Below, one piece after another: positions 1 to 9,085 of a DNA stretch of 64,000 nucleotides (positions are counted from its first letter, which is position 1; each line of letters starts with the position of its first letter). Origin of the DNA: an uncultured Bacteroidales bacterium (GTDB lineage Bacteria > Bacteroidota > Bacteroidia > Bacteroidales > GCA-2748055). The stretch spans positions 149,999 through 213,998 of the forward strand of contig CAVVVN010000004.1 of assembly GCA_963751705.1 (NCBI GenBank). Reading direction: 5' to 3'. The position numbers and the translations under genes are program-made. A model generated the notes under the pieces. It was not told the origin of the DNA and made no database searches. It saw only the letters and a program-made list of their open reading frames with translations.

Positions 1-456
1 TTTCGGCATACTCCTTCTTAATACGATAGTTCTGGATGATATCCGAATTAAAGATCGGCTGAATCAGGGATACTTTGGTTTCCTGCTCCCTTGGACGGTA
101 AAAGGGAAAAGTCTCGTTTTCGATCTGCGGAAACGGGTGGAGCCGGTCAACAGATTCAGGGTGCTGTAGACCGGATTCAAAAGATCCCCCACAGGAAATT
201 CGATCATCCTGCCACCTTCGGCCACGGTATACCTCGCGTTCAGGCTTACATCGGGTAAAAACAAGCCCCTGGCCTCCTTCAGTGCCGCCAGGTTTGCAGC
301 ATAGTTGAGCTGCTTTTGTTTCAGGCCCTGGTTCGATTCCAGCCCTTCCCTGATGTATTCCTCCAGGACAGGATTCTGCGCCTGAAGCAGGGAAAAGCCC
401 ATAAAGATCAGGCCGGGAAGTATCCCATATCTGGCTGCCCAAATTGCTCTTTTCAT
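1..456 (-). pseudogene. TolC-family outer membrane efflux protein. The N-terminal part lies in the window and the C-terminus runs off the left edge. Apparent 1-nt deletion frameshift near 129-130.
   Basis: The ORF 456->64 starts with a signal peptide (MKRAIWAARYGILPGLIFMGFSLLQAQ) and TolC-like sequence (ARYTVAEGGRMIEFPVGDLLNPVYSTLNLLTGSTRF). The frame then breaks. A different minus-strand frame over 1-118 reads NETFPFYRPREQETKVSLIQPIFNSDIIQNYRIKKEYAE, which is typical TolC. Adding one C at cgtttcCgcag restores ...TRFPQIENETFPF... Confidence 0.7.
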
Positions 457-1086
457 GATTTGATGCCATTTAATACCAGTTGAAAATGGCTCGCAAAAAT
501 CTGATCCTGCGATAGTCCGAGCACCTCAAGCAAGCCGGGCCTGAGGCTTACAAAACGGATCACACTCAGAACAGTCATCCACAGGGTATGTGCTACCAGC
601 AGGGATGGAATGTCTGCCCGGATCAGTTTCTCCTGAACCCCCTGCTCCACCAGCAACACTACAGAGCCAACGGTGGACTCCTCATAGATCATCTGTTGCA
701 CATCGCTGGAACTTACATGGAGGGCCATGGGCTCCAGCTCCTCCAGGTTCATAATGGCCTTCATATGATCAGGGAAAGTCTGGGAAAATTCAATGGTAGC
801 TCTGCCCATTCTCCCAAGTTTTTCAATGGCGTTACCCTCCCCTTCTGTGGCTTGGGTGGTGTGCTTTCTCAGCATTTGTATGGACTTTCTTGCCACCGCC
901 ATATGAAGGTCCTCCTTGTTTTTGAAATAGAGATAGAGGGTTCCTTTGCTCAGTTCCGCTCTGGCCGCGATATCATCCATGGTGGCCAGATTCAAATCCT
1001 ATGGTGAAGAATACCTTTTCGGCTGCCTGTATAATCTCTTCCCGTCGCTGTTGTTTCTCTCTTTCTTTTCTTTCGGCTATTCCCAT
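453..1086 (-). pseudogene. TetR/AcrR-family transcriptional regulator with an apparent 1-nt insertion frameshift inside the HTH (near 984-987).
   Basis: The ATG at 1086 gives MGIAERKEREKQQRREEIIQAAEKVFFTIGFES and then a premature stop at 973-975. The tracked ORF (995->453) continues ATMDDIAARAELSKGTLYLYFKNKEDLHMAV. Removing one G from tctGGcc joins them into a canonical TetR N-terminus. The stop overlaps the tolC start (ATGA at 453-456). Confidence 0.7.
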
Positions 1087-1117
1087 AAACTTTCTGATTT
1101 TAGACGGAATTAAATTT

Positions 1118-1134
1118 AATGACTATTAGTCATT
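1118..1134. promoter_or_regulatory. Candidate TetR operator: perfect 8-1-8 palindrome AATGACTA-T-TAGTCATT.
   Basis: Read directly from the sequence. It lies 32-48 nt upstream of the tetR ATG (1086) in an AT-rich intergenic region. TetR regulators typically bind palindromes in their own promoters. Confidence 0.5.
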
Positions 1135-1198
1135 TATTAGTACAATAATAAATCATTTCAATTGATTCAGCAAGTTTCAGGTGAAATATTTTCGTGAA

Positions 1199-1729
1199 CT
1201 ACAAGCCGTAACTGACAATCTCTGACAGGGGTTTGCGCTTATCCTTATGCCGGTCCGGATCCACGCCATCCAGCGGATAACCCAGGGGCAGAATCACCAC
1301 AGGCTCCCTATGATCGGGAAGCTTCAACAGCTCCCTGGTCTTCTCCACATGGAAATTGCAGATCCAGCAGGTGGCCAGTCCAAGTTCGGTGGCCTGAAGG
1401 GTCATATGATCTGCGGTAATGGCCGCATCCACATCCGCATGGTCCTTACCATCTTCCTTTCTCTTCCAGGACTGACTGTGGTCGGCACAAACCACGATTA
1501 CACAAGGGGCGCTTCGAAACCATTCCCGGTGATAGGCATCGTAGAACTGCTCAAGCTCTCCGGGCTCCTGGATCACATAGAAGTGCCAGGGCTGGAAATT
1601 CACTGCCGAGGGGGCTACCCTGCCAGCCTCCAGGATAAGTTCGAGTTTTTCTTGTTCCACCGGACGGGCATCGTAATTGCGACAGGAATAACGTGCCTTT
1701 GCCAGCTTAATGAAGTGATTTGAATGCAT
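1199..1729 (-). CDS. Nitroreductase-family protein.
   Basis: From the internal ATG at 1729: MHSNHFIKLAKARYSCRNYDARPVEQEKLELILEAGRVAPSAVNFQPWHFYVI..., the nitroreductase signature (R-S-x-R, APSAxNxQPW). The upstream extension of the tracked ORF overlaps the divergent promoter and looks spurious. Confidence 0.85.
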   Translation of the reverse strand: MHSNHFIKLAKARYSCRNYDARPVEQEKLELILEAGRVAPSAVNFQPWHFYVIQEPGELEQFYDAYHREWFRSAPCVIVVCADHSQSWKRKEDGKDHADVDAAITADHMTLQATELGLATCWICNFHVEKTRELLKLPDHREPVVILPLGYPLDGVDPDRHKDKRKPLSEIVSYGL

Positions 1730-1741
1730 GGAATAAAAATA

Positions 1742-1749
1742 TACATTTG
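1742..1749 (+). promoter_or_regulatory. Candidate Bacteroidota -7 promoter box (TACATTTG, matching TAnnTTTG) for the sugar porter gene.
   Basis: The motif sits 18 nt upstream of the ATG at 1767. This is a pattern match only. Confidence 0.3.
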
Positions 1750-1766
1750 TTTCAAATTTGCTATAC

Positions 1767-3107
1767 ATGAAACAAAATCGTATTTTATTCTGGTCGATAA
1801 CCGTTGCCCTCGGGGGCTTTCTTTTTGGATTTGATACTGCTGTCATTTCAGGTGCTGAACAGTATATTCAAAAGATCTGGGGACTGAATTCAGTTCAACA
1901 TGGATTTACCGTTTCAATCGCTCTTATAGGTACCGTAATTGGTGCACTTTTCGGTGGAATTCCTTCCGACCGGATCGGCCGTAAAATGACGCTATTCTGG
2001 ATCGCGGTTCTTTATTTAATATCTGCTCTGGGGTCTGCCCTTTCCACAAACTGGTATTTATTTATGGTTTTTCGTTTCCTTGGCGGGCTTGGAGTGGGGG
2101 CCTCCTCGGTAGCAGCACCCATGTATATATCCGAGATCTCACCTGCAGACAAGCGGGGCCGTCTGGTAGCCATGTTTCAGTTCAATGTGGTATTCGGAAT
2201 CGTACTTGCATATATATCCAATTATTTTATCGCCGGGACAGGACCAAATGCCTGGAGATGGATGCTGGGCGTCGAAGCCATCCCCGCGATCCTGTTCCTG
2301 GTACTTATTCTCAGAATCCCCAGGAGTCCGAGATGGCTTATCCTGAAAAGAAACCTCGTGGACGAGGCCAGAGCCGTCCTGGAGCTGATTAACCCGGCCA
2401 ACGTGGAAGAAACGCTTAGGAATATTCAGCAATCCAAACATGAGGCGAATTCGGACCAGCGCCTGTTTAAGTCAGGGATCTATCGTCTTCCCATCATCCT
2501 TGCAGTATTGATTGCCTTCTTTAACCAGGTATCCGGGATTAACGCCATTATCTATTATGCTCCCCGGATATTTGAGATGACCGGACTGGGAGAAAGCTCC
2601 GCATTGCTTTCCACCGCGGGGATCGGAATTGTAAATTTCATATTTACGCTCCTGGCCATGCGCCTGATCGATAAATTTGGCCGCAGGACCCTAATGCTTA
2701 TCGGATCCGTAGGCCTGATTATAACACTTGGACTGGTATCCAGGGCATTCTACACAGAGTCTTTTGGTGGTATGGCGGTACCGGTTTTCCTCTTTATATA
2801 TATCGCCTTCTTTGCTTTCTCACAGGGCGCGGTCATCTGGGTATTTATCTCGGAGGTGTTCCCCAATGAAGTGAGGGCTGGCGGTCAGGCACTGGGAAGC
2901 TTTACACACTGGTTTATGGCAGCTCTTATTGCCTTTTCCTTCCCTGCTATCTCAGAAAAACTAGGGGGAGGAACCACCTTTCTGTTTTTTGCGATCATGA
3001 TGGTTCTTCAGCTGATTTTCGTGCTACGCTTAATGCCTGAGACCAAAGGAAAATCTCTTGAAATGATCCAGAGTGAGCTATCAAACGGGAAAAAACCGGG
3101 AGCTTAG
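1767..3107 (+). CDS. MFS sugar porter family transporter (sugar:H+ symporter, XylE/GalP-like).
   Basis: GFLFGFDTAVISGA, the DRIGRK loop, a PRSPRWL variant of PESPRWL, about 12 predicted TM segments and GRRTLML. The ATG at 1767 is preferred over the TTG at 1758. Confidence 0.9.
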   Translation: MKQNRILFWSITVALGGFLFGFDTAVISGAEQYIQKIWGLNSVQHGFTVSIALIGTVIGALFGGIPSDRIGRKMTLFWIAVLYLISALGSALSTNWYLFMVFRFLGGLGVGASSVAAPMYISEISPADKRGRLVAMFQFNVVFGIVLAYISNYFIAGTGPNAWRWMLGVEAIPAILFLVLILRIPRSPRWLILKRNLVDEARAVLELINPANVEETLRNIQQSKHEANSDQRLFKSGIYRLPIILAVLIAFFNQVSGINAIIYYAPRIFEMTGLGESSALLSTAGIGIVNFIFTLLAMRLIDKFGRRTLMLIGSVGLIITLGLVSRAFYTESFGGMAVPVFLFIYIAFFAFSQGAVIWVFISEVFPNEVRAGGQALGSFTHWFMAALIAFSFPAISEKLGGGTTFLFFAIMMVLQLIFVLRLMPETKGKSLEMIQSELSNGKKPGA

Positions 3108-4102
3108 GTGTTCCACACCAGTGCGCTTGCTCCGAGTATGGCTGCATGTCCAAGATCCAGTTCAGAGACAAGAATGGGAATATCTCTTTTCCGGAAGATG
3201 GGCAATAAGTTTTGTGCCAGACTTTCTTTGATTGGTTTGATAATTAAATCCCCTGCAGCAACGGGACCCCCGAACAGGAATATGGCTTCCGGGCTGAAAT
3301 GGTGTACCGTAGTGGCCAGTGCCATCCCGAAATAGTTACCGGTAATCTCAAATACTTCCAATGCGATCCTATCGCCCTGTATTGCTGCCTCATAAATATG
3401 TTTGGCTGTCATCTCTTTGTAGCTGTATGCAGTCAGCAAGCTATCCTCCGCATTATCTCTCAGCAGAAGTTCAAAAGCCGTTCTTTTCATGCCCGGAGCC
3501 GAACAATAGGCTTCCAGATGACCTCTGCCGCCACATCCGCACAAACGGCCATCGGCAACAATGGTATTATGCCCGCATTCCCCGGCAAATCCGTCGACAC
3601 CATAAACGACATTGCCATTATAATACAGCCCGCTCCCTACCCCTGTTCCCAGGGTGAACATGGTAAAGTTGTCCATATTCCGTGCACCACCATAGGCCTT
3701 TTCTCCCAATGCTGCTGCGTTGGCGTCATTGGTAATAAGTACCAGTTTTATCTCAGGAAACTTTTCTGACAGGATCTCACAAAAAGGTACTTTTCCGGTA
3801 AACGGAAGATTAGGGGCATATTCGATGGTCCCTTTGTTGTAATTGGCATTAGGTGCACCTATCCCGATCCCAACAATCTCATGATCAAGATTGATCCGGG
3901 CCGTTAAGGATTTGACTATTCTGCTGATCTCCGAAACAAACTCACCCAGCAGTTCATCTGAAACCTTTTGATCAGCCCTGGGATTTAGTTTTTTGGGAGG
4001 CGTGGGTAATGAGCCTTCAATCAATATTTTCCCGTCCTGATTTACCACTCCGATAGCCGTATTGGTTCCACCTATGTCGATGCCGATTGATAATTTGATC
4101 AT
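3104..4102 (-). CDS. ROK-family sugar kinase (glucokinase-like).
   Basis: IGIDIGGTNTAIGVV (ATP-binding DxGGT) and the ROK zinc motif ECGHNTIVADGRLCGCGGRGHLEAYCS. Confidence 0.88.
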   Translation of the reverse strand: MIKLSIGIDIGGTNTAIGVVNQDGKILIEGSLPTPPKKLNPRADQKVSDELLGEFVSEISRIVKSLTARINLDHEIVGIGIGAPNANYNKGTIEYAPNLPFTGKVPFCEILSEKFPEIKLVLITNDANAAALGEKAYGGARNMDNFTMFTLGTGVGSGLYYNGNVVYGVDGFAGECGHNTIVADGRLCGCGGRGHLEAYCSAPGMKRTAFELLLRDNAEDSLLTAYSYKEMTAKHIYEAAIQGDRIALEVFEITGNYFGMALATTVHHFSPEAIFLFGGPVAAGDLIIKPIKESLAQNLLPIFRKRDIPILVSELDLGHAAILGASALVWNT

Positions 4103-4137
4103 TAGATGTCAATTAATTTGAAATAAATACATAAATG

Positions 4138-4170
4138 CGAAAAGTTCCCCGCAGCCCTGCTGCGGAGAAC
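4138..4170 (-). terminator. Rho-independent terminator downstream of the FucP/GluP-like transporter gene.
   Basis: On the minus strand: GTTCTCCGCAG-gg-CTGCGGGGAAC (11-bp stem, one mismatch) followed by TTTTCGCATTT. It lies 25 nt after the stop at 4195. Confidence 0.55.
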
Positions 4171-4194
4171 TTCAATTTTTGCACTTAAAAAAAC

Positions 4195-5547
4195 CTACCT
4201 CCTAATCGTATTCCCTTTTACCGCATAGAAGAAGATGTAGAGGTAACATACCGCCGGAACAATAAAGGCCCAGGTATAACCGGCGCCATCAGCGATGGAT
4301 CCCATAAGCGGAGGAATGATGGCCCCACCTAAGATTAAGGCATTAATTAAGCCTGAAGCAGAACTCAGTTCCGCTTTATCCAGATCTCTTACGGCCAGGG
4401 AGAAGATATTCGGGAACATAATGGAGTTGAACAATCCAATGGAAATGATGGTCCAAAGTCCAATATTTCCACCTGTAAAGGTAGTTGTAAGATCGAGTGC
4501 GGCGGCTGCCAGGGCAAAAATAGCCAGCGTGCGGGCTGCTTTTCCGCGGCCAACCAGCATAATGAAAAAGTTAACCAGTGCTGCTCCTGCAAAAGTGGCT
4601 CCGATGGCCCAGTTCCAATCCGTCACAAAGGAGCCTGAAATAAATGCCAGGATCAAGACAGGAATCACAAGGGTAAGTTTTCTGGACATTTTCTGGTCGG
4701 TAAACATAAAGGATCCGAAGAACCTGCCAACCATGGCGCCTCCCCAGTATATGGCCGCATAGGTAGAGGCCATTTCGGAAGAGATACCGATTGAGTTTTT
4801 GAGGTAATTTACAATAAGCCCGGCGTTACCTGCCTCAGCACCCACATACACAAATATGGCAATGGCACCCAGGACCACATGGGGATATTTCCATACACTT
4901 TTCTTTTCGCTGGTCGCCTTCTCTGATTTAATAACAGGCAATTTGATCGACATCAAAGCAATGGCAACGATTATCACAAAAACACCCATCACAATAAAGG
5001 GCAGGGGTACCCTGGATGCAGCTTCTAAATTGTCTGCCGGATCTACGAATGTTAATCCTTTGAATATGGCTACGGAAATCAGCCAGGGAGCAATCATGGT
5101 AGCCACGGAGTTCAAGGCTTGTGTCAAATTCAAACGGCTGGAGGCTGAAGAATCAGGACCAAGTGCCGTTACATAGGGATTTGCTGCGACCTGTAAGATA
5201 ACAACACCAGTTGCCAGGACAAAGGTTCCTATTAAAAAGATGGGGAATGAGGGTAATTTTGCCGCTGGAATAAAAATAAAACTACCGAGCGCCATAAAAA
5301 ACAGCCCTGCAATTACGGTAGATTTATACCCTATCCGATCAATCAGTTTCCCTGCCGGGATTGACATAATCGGGTAGGTAATAAAGAATGCCGAGGTGAG
5401 TAACTGGGCAGCAGTCTCCGACAAACCAAAAATCTCTTTAATCGGAGCAGATAATGTAATAATAAATGTAGTGGCAAAACCAAAAATGAAAAATATGGCG
5501 CCGAAAACCGACATACCCACCACCATGTTATTGTTTTTGTTGTCCAT
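4195..5547 (-). CDS. MFS sugar transporter of the FucP/GluP (fucose or glucose/galactose:H+ symporter) family.
   Basis: FFIFGFATTFIITLSAPIKEIFGLSETAAQLLTSAFFITYPIMSIPAGKLIDRIGYK matches the GluP/FucP N-terminal signature. About 12 TM segments. Confidence 0.85.
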   Translation of the reverse strand: MDNKNNNMVVGMSVFGAIFFIFGFATTFIITLSAPIKEIFGLSETAAQLLTSAFFITYPIMSIPAGKLIDRIGYKSTVIAGLFFMALGSFIFIPAAKLPSFPIFLIGTFVLATGVVILQVAANPYVTALGPDSSASSRLNLTQALNSVATMIAPWLISVAIFKGLTFVDPADNLEAASRVPLPFIVMGVFVIIVAIALMSIKLPVIKSEKATSEKKSVWKYPHVVLGAIAIFVYVGAEAGNAGLIVNYLKNSIGISSEMASTYAAIYWGGAMVGRFFGSFMFTDQKMSRKLTLVIPVLILAFISGSFVTDWNWAIGATFAGAALVNFFIMLVGRGKAARTLAIFALAAAALDLTTTFTGGNIGLWTIISIGLFNSIMFPNIFSLAVRDLDKAELSSASGLINALILGGAIIPPLMGSIADGAGYTWAFIVPAVCYLYIFFYAVKGNTIRR

Positions 5548-5949
5548 TTGAGTTTATTTGTTTATTAGTAATGCATATTAGTATTCAGATTGTACACTCC
5601 GGGAGGTCTTATTCTGTCATAAATTCATCAACCGGGTAAAACTTTCTTTGAAATTCATTTTTGCTCAACCCATGGAAGAAGCGAAAATATGATTTTTAAT
5701 CCTTAAATTCTTTGCTGCTTTACACTGCTGTATATCAATCTAATAATCTCTTGCGGGCCCCACATAAGCAGACAGCAGTAAACTCACAAATATAATCACT
5801 TTCAACAAATCTGAACTTTAAATGGCTTTTTTATAATGATTCTAGGTGTTTGAATCCCTGAGCATTGCTCTGAGGAGCCGGGCTTTGAAATATGCAGATT
5901 TTTCTTATATTGCATGTAGGGCTGAATTATGTACTAATTCTACATCCGA

Positions 5950-6327
5950 ATGAAGATTAAATACGAACTTGAGTACACACTCAATACCTCACCCAATTTT
6001 CTATATGCCAGATTAAGTACTCCTGAAGGTCTCTCCGAGTGGTTTGCCGACGATGTGAACCTGAGAAGGGGCAAATATAATTTTGTTTGGGAAGGGACCG
6101 AACAAGAGGCTTCTGTGGTTCAGAAAAAGGCCAATAAATTTATTCGTTTCCACTGGGAAGAGGATGAAGACCAGGAGCACTATTTTGAGTTCAGGATCCG
6201 CACCGATGAGCTGACAGGTGATGTGGCACTTCTGATCACTGATTTCGCCGAGGAAACTGAGAAGGATGACGCCATTGATCTTTGGGATAGCCAGATCTCT
6301 GAACTGAAACACGCGATTGGGCTCTAA
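5950..6327 (+). CDS. START-like / SRPBCC (AHSA1-like) domain protein.
   Basis: 125 aa. ...LYARLSTPEGLSEWFADDVNLRRGKYNFVWEG...IRFHWEED..., a pattern I recall for Bacteroidota START-like domain proteins. Confidence 0.6.
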   Translation: MKIKYELEYTLNTSPNFLYARLSTPEGLSEWFADDVNLRRGKYNFVWEGTEQEASVVQKKANKFIRFHWEEDEDQEHYFEFRIRTDELTGDVALLITDFAEETEKDDAIDLWDSQISELKHAIGL

Positions 6328-6395
6328 AGCATCCTCTAAGCCAAAATAAGTTAACTTTGTCTCCGTTGATTCTTTAGATATTAAAGGGGAGAGGT

Positions 6396-7889
6396 GTGAA
6401 AAAACTTCATAAGCTTGTCATAAAGTCATTTATCGGTCCGCTCATCCTGACCTTCTTTTTCGTCGTTTTCATACTACTCATGCAGTTCCTCTGGAAGTAT
6501 ATTGATGATCTCATCGGAAAGGGACTGGAAATGAGCGTGATATCAGAGTTCCTGATCTACACCAGTGCCAGCCTGGTCCCCCTGGCCATGCCGCTTGCCG
6601 TGTTACTTGCCAGCCTGATGACCTTTGGAAACCTGGCAGAGAACCTGGAACTGCTGGCCTTTAAATCCTCAGGGATCTCGCTCATCAGGATCATGGCCCC
6701 GGTCATGGTTATTTCAGCCACCATCTCTATCGGGGCATTTATGTTTGCAAACTACGTAATGCCGGTCACCAACCTGAAAATGAGGTCACTACTCTATGAT
6801 ATTCAACAGCAGAGGCCCGAGCTGACCATCAAACCAGGCGTATTTGACAACACCCTGGAAGGGTACTCCATCCGCATTGGCTCCCGTGACAGCAAGACAA
6901 GTCTCTTGAAAGATATCCTGATTTTTGACCATACAAAAAAGCAGGGAAACATCCGGGTAACCATTGCAGATTCAGGGTATATGAAGATGTCGGCAGATGA
7001 GAAGCATCTTCTGCTTACTCTTTACAATGGCCGCACCTATGAGGAGATGCAGAAGCTAAAGCAAGAGAAAAAAAACGTAAAAAGCTACCCCCATCAGAGG
7101 GATCAGTTTGAACACCAGGAGATGATCATTGAGATGACCGGATTTGGACTGAACAGATCCGATGAGAACCTGTTCCGAAATGCATACTCCATGCTGAATA
7201 TTGATCAGCTGCACCACTTTGAGGACTCTCTTTCCCAGGATCTGGACACCGTGCTCCTCATGTTCCATACGACCATACTGAAGACCCTGGTTGAGAAACC
7301 AAAGCAGATGCTAATCCAGAGGCAACGGATTGTGCCAGATAGCCTGAAAAGTGCCCGGCCCGAAGGGGAGCTTGATATCATGCAGCTCCATGTGGACTCC
7401 ATGTTTAAAGAGCTGAGCGTACTGGAACAAAGGCGTGCTCTTACGCAATCCATCAACTTTGCACGGAGCAACAAAAGTGTCACCTCTTCCAATGTGGGTA
7501 CCACAGACTGGAAAGTTGCAAAACTTCGAAGGTATCAGATTGAGATTCAACGCAAATACACCCTCTCCTTACTCTGCCTGATCTTCTTTTTTATAGGAGC
7601 ACCCCTGGGGGCCATCATCCGGAAAGGGGGCCTTGGGATGCCCGTAATTGTAAGCGTATTGATGTTCCTGATCTATTATGTAATTTCCATGACCGGAGAG
7701 AAATTTGTTCGGGAAAACATCCTCCCCCCATTTGCAGGGATGTGGATCTCAACATTTATCCTGGTTCCCATCAGTATTTTACTGACCTATAAAGCAGCCA
7801 ATGACTCGGTCATAATGAATGTGGATAGCTATTTCCTGTGGGTGAAAAAAATCTGGCAAAGGTCCCAGAAATTCTTCCGTAGAAAATGA
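6396..7889 (+). CDS. LptF/LptG-family (YjgP/YjgQ) LPS export permease.
   Basis: GTG start. An N-terminal 3-TM block (IKSFIGPLILTFFFVVFILLMQFLWKYIDDLIGKGL), a large periplasmic insert and a C-terminal 3-TM block (YTLSLLCLIFFFIGAPLGAIIRKGG). Confidence 0.85.
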   Translation: MKKLHKLVIKSFIGPLILTFFFVVFILLMQFLWKYIDDLIGKGLEMSVISEFLIYTSASLVPLAMPLAVLLASLMTFGNLAENLELLAFKSSGISLIRIMAPVMVISATISIGAFMFANYVMPVTNLKMRSLLYDIQQQRPELTIKPGVFDNTLEGYSIRIGSRDSKTSLLKDILIFDHTKKQGNIRVTIADSGYMKMSADEKHLLLTLYNGRTYEEMQKLKQEKKNVKSYPHQRDQFEHQEMIIEMTGFGLNRSDENLFRNAYSMLNIDQLHHFEDSLSQDLDTVLLMFHTTILKTLVEKPKQMLIQRQRIVPDSLKSARPEGELDIMQLHVDSMFKELSVLEQRRALTQSINFARSNKSVTSSNVGTTDWKVAKLRRYQIEIQRKYTLSLLCLIFFFIGAPLGAIIRKGGLGMPVIVSVLMFLIYYVISMTGEKFVRENILPPFAGMWISTFILVPISILLTYKAANDSVIMNVDSYFLWVKKIWQRSQKFFRRK

Positions 7890-9085
7890 AGCTCCTGATC
7901 CTGACCAATAAACTTCCCTACCCTCCCCGTGACGGGGGTTCCATTGCAAGCCTGAATATGATGACCGGTCTTTATAAGGCTGGTAATCAGATCACCTGCC
8001 TGGCCCTGAATACAGCCAAGCACTCCTACCCGCCGGAGCAGATTCCGCAGGAGTTAAGAGAAAAAATCCTCTTTCTTGGAGTGGATTGTGACAGCTCCAT
8101 TAACGCATGGAAACTTGGATCTAACTTACTCTTCTCCCGGACTCCATATATTGCGGAACGTTTTAATGTTCATGCGTTTAGAATCGCTCTTTCAGAACTG
8201 TTGCACCAGGAGTCCTTTGATATCATCCAGCTGGAGGGTCCCTATCCGGGACTCTATCTGGATCTGATAAGAAGTGTCAGCAAGGCGAAGGTATCGCTGC
8301 GGGCCCATAATGTGGAGCACCTCCTGTGGCAAAGAAAAGCAAGTCATGAAAACTCGCTTCCGAAGAAGTGGTACCTGAATAACATGGCCCGGCGGCTGAA
8401 ACGACTGGAACTGGAGGTGGCTGGTCGGGCCGATTTCCTGATCCCCATCAGTGATTGTGATGCCTCCTACTTTACAAAACAGGGCTTGCAAAAGCCTTTC
8501 CTCACCATTCCCGCAGGTTTGGATTTGAAGGATTATCCCTTCACTGAACTCCCCGCTGCACAGGACATTTTTTTTATCGGGGCGCTGGACTGGCTGCCCA
8601 ATCAGGAGGGGCTGCTCTGGTTCATCAGAAAGGTATTTCCCCTGCTGCTGGCTGAGCTGCCCGGACTCAGATTCCACATAGCTGGAAGAAATGCTTCCAA
8701 ACAGATCCAGAAAAGGCTGATCCACCCCAGCATTACCTACCACGGTGAGGTCAGGGATGCGGTGGGTTTTATGCAGGCGCACCGGCTTATGGTGGCGCCA
8801 TTGCTTTCAGGAAGCGGAATCAGGATTAAGATAATTGAAGCGATGGCTCTGGGCAGACCGGTGGTAACCACTTCCGCAGGCATCGAGGGAATTGAGCTTA
8901 GGAATCATCCACAAGTAGCGGTGGTAGACGAGCCCTACCTTTTTAGCAGTCAGATAGTTAAATTACTTACTGATCCCCGCAGCCAGGACCAGGCATTAAG
9001 AGAAGCACGGACTTTCATTAGCCGGAATTTTGATACCTTTGAACTATCAAAGCGCCTAAGCCGGTTTTATAATACGGAGGTATGA
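7886..9085 (+). CDS. Glycosyltransferase family 4 (GT-B, GT1-domain).
   Basis: PYPPRDGGSIA at the N-terminus and a C-terminal SGSGIRIKIIEAMALGRPVVTTSAGIEGI (E-x7-E region). The ATGA overlaps the lptF/G stop. Confidence 0.85.
   Translation: MKLLILTNKLPYPPRDGGSIASLNMMTGLYKAGNQITCLALNTAKHSYPPEQIPQELREKILFLGVDCDSSINAWKLGSNLLFSRTPYIAERFNVHAFRIALSELLHQESFDIIQLEGPYPGLYLDLIRSVSKAKVSLRAHNVEHLLWQRKASHENSLPKKWYLNNMARRLKRLELEVAGRADFLIPISDCDASYFTKQGLQKPFLTIPAGLDLKDYPFTELPAAQDIFFIGALDWLPNQEGLLWFIRKVFPLLLAELPGLRFHIAGRNASKQIQKRLIHPSITYHGEVRDAVGFMQAHRLMVAPLLSGSGIRIKIIEAMALGRPVVTTSAGIEGIELRNHPQVAVVDEPYLFSSQIVKLLTDPRSQDQALREARTFISRNFDTFELSKRLSRFYNTEV

Noticed and set aside
330-340. GGTTCGATTCC, a tRNA T-arm-like motif.
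   Set aside because: It lies inside the TolC coding frame (ESNQGLKQKQ region). The flanks give only a 4-bp T-stem, and I could find no acceptor or anticodon arms.
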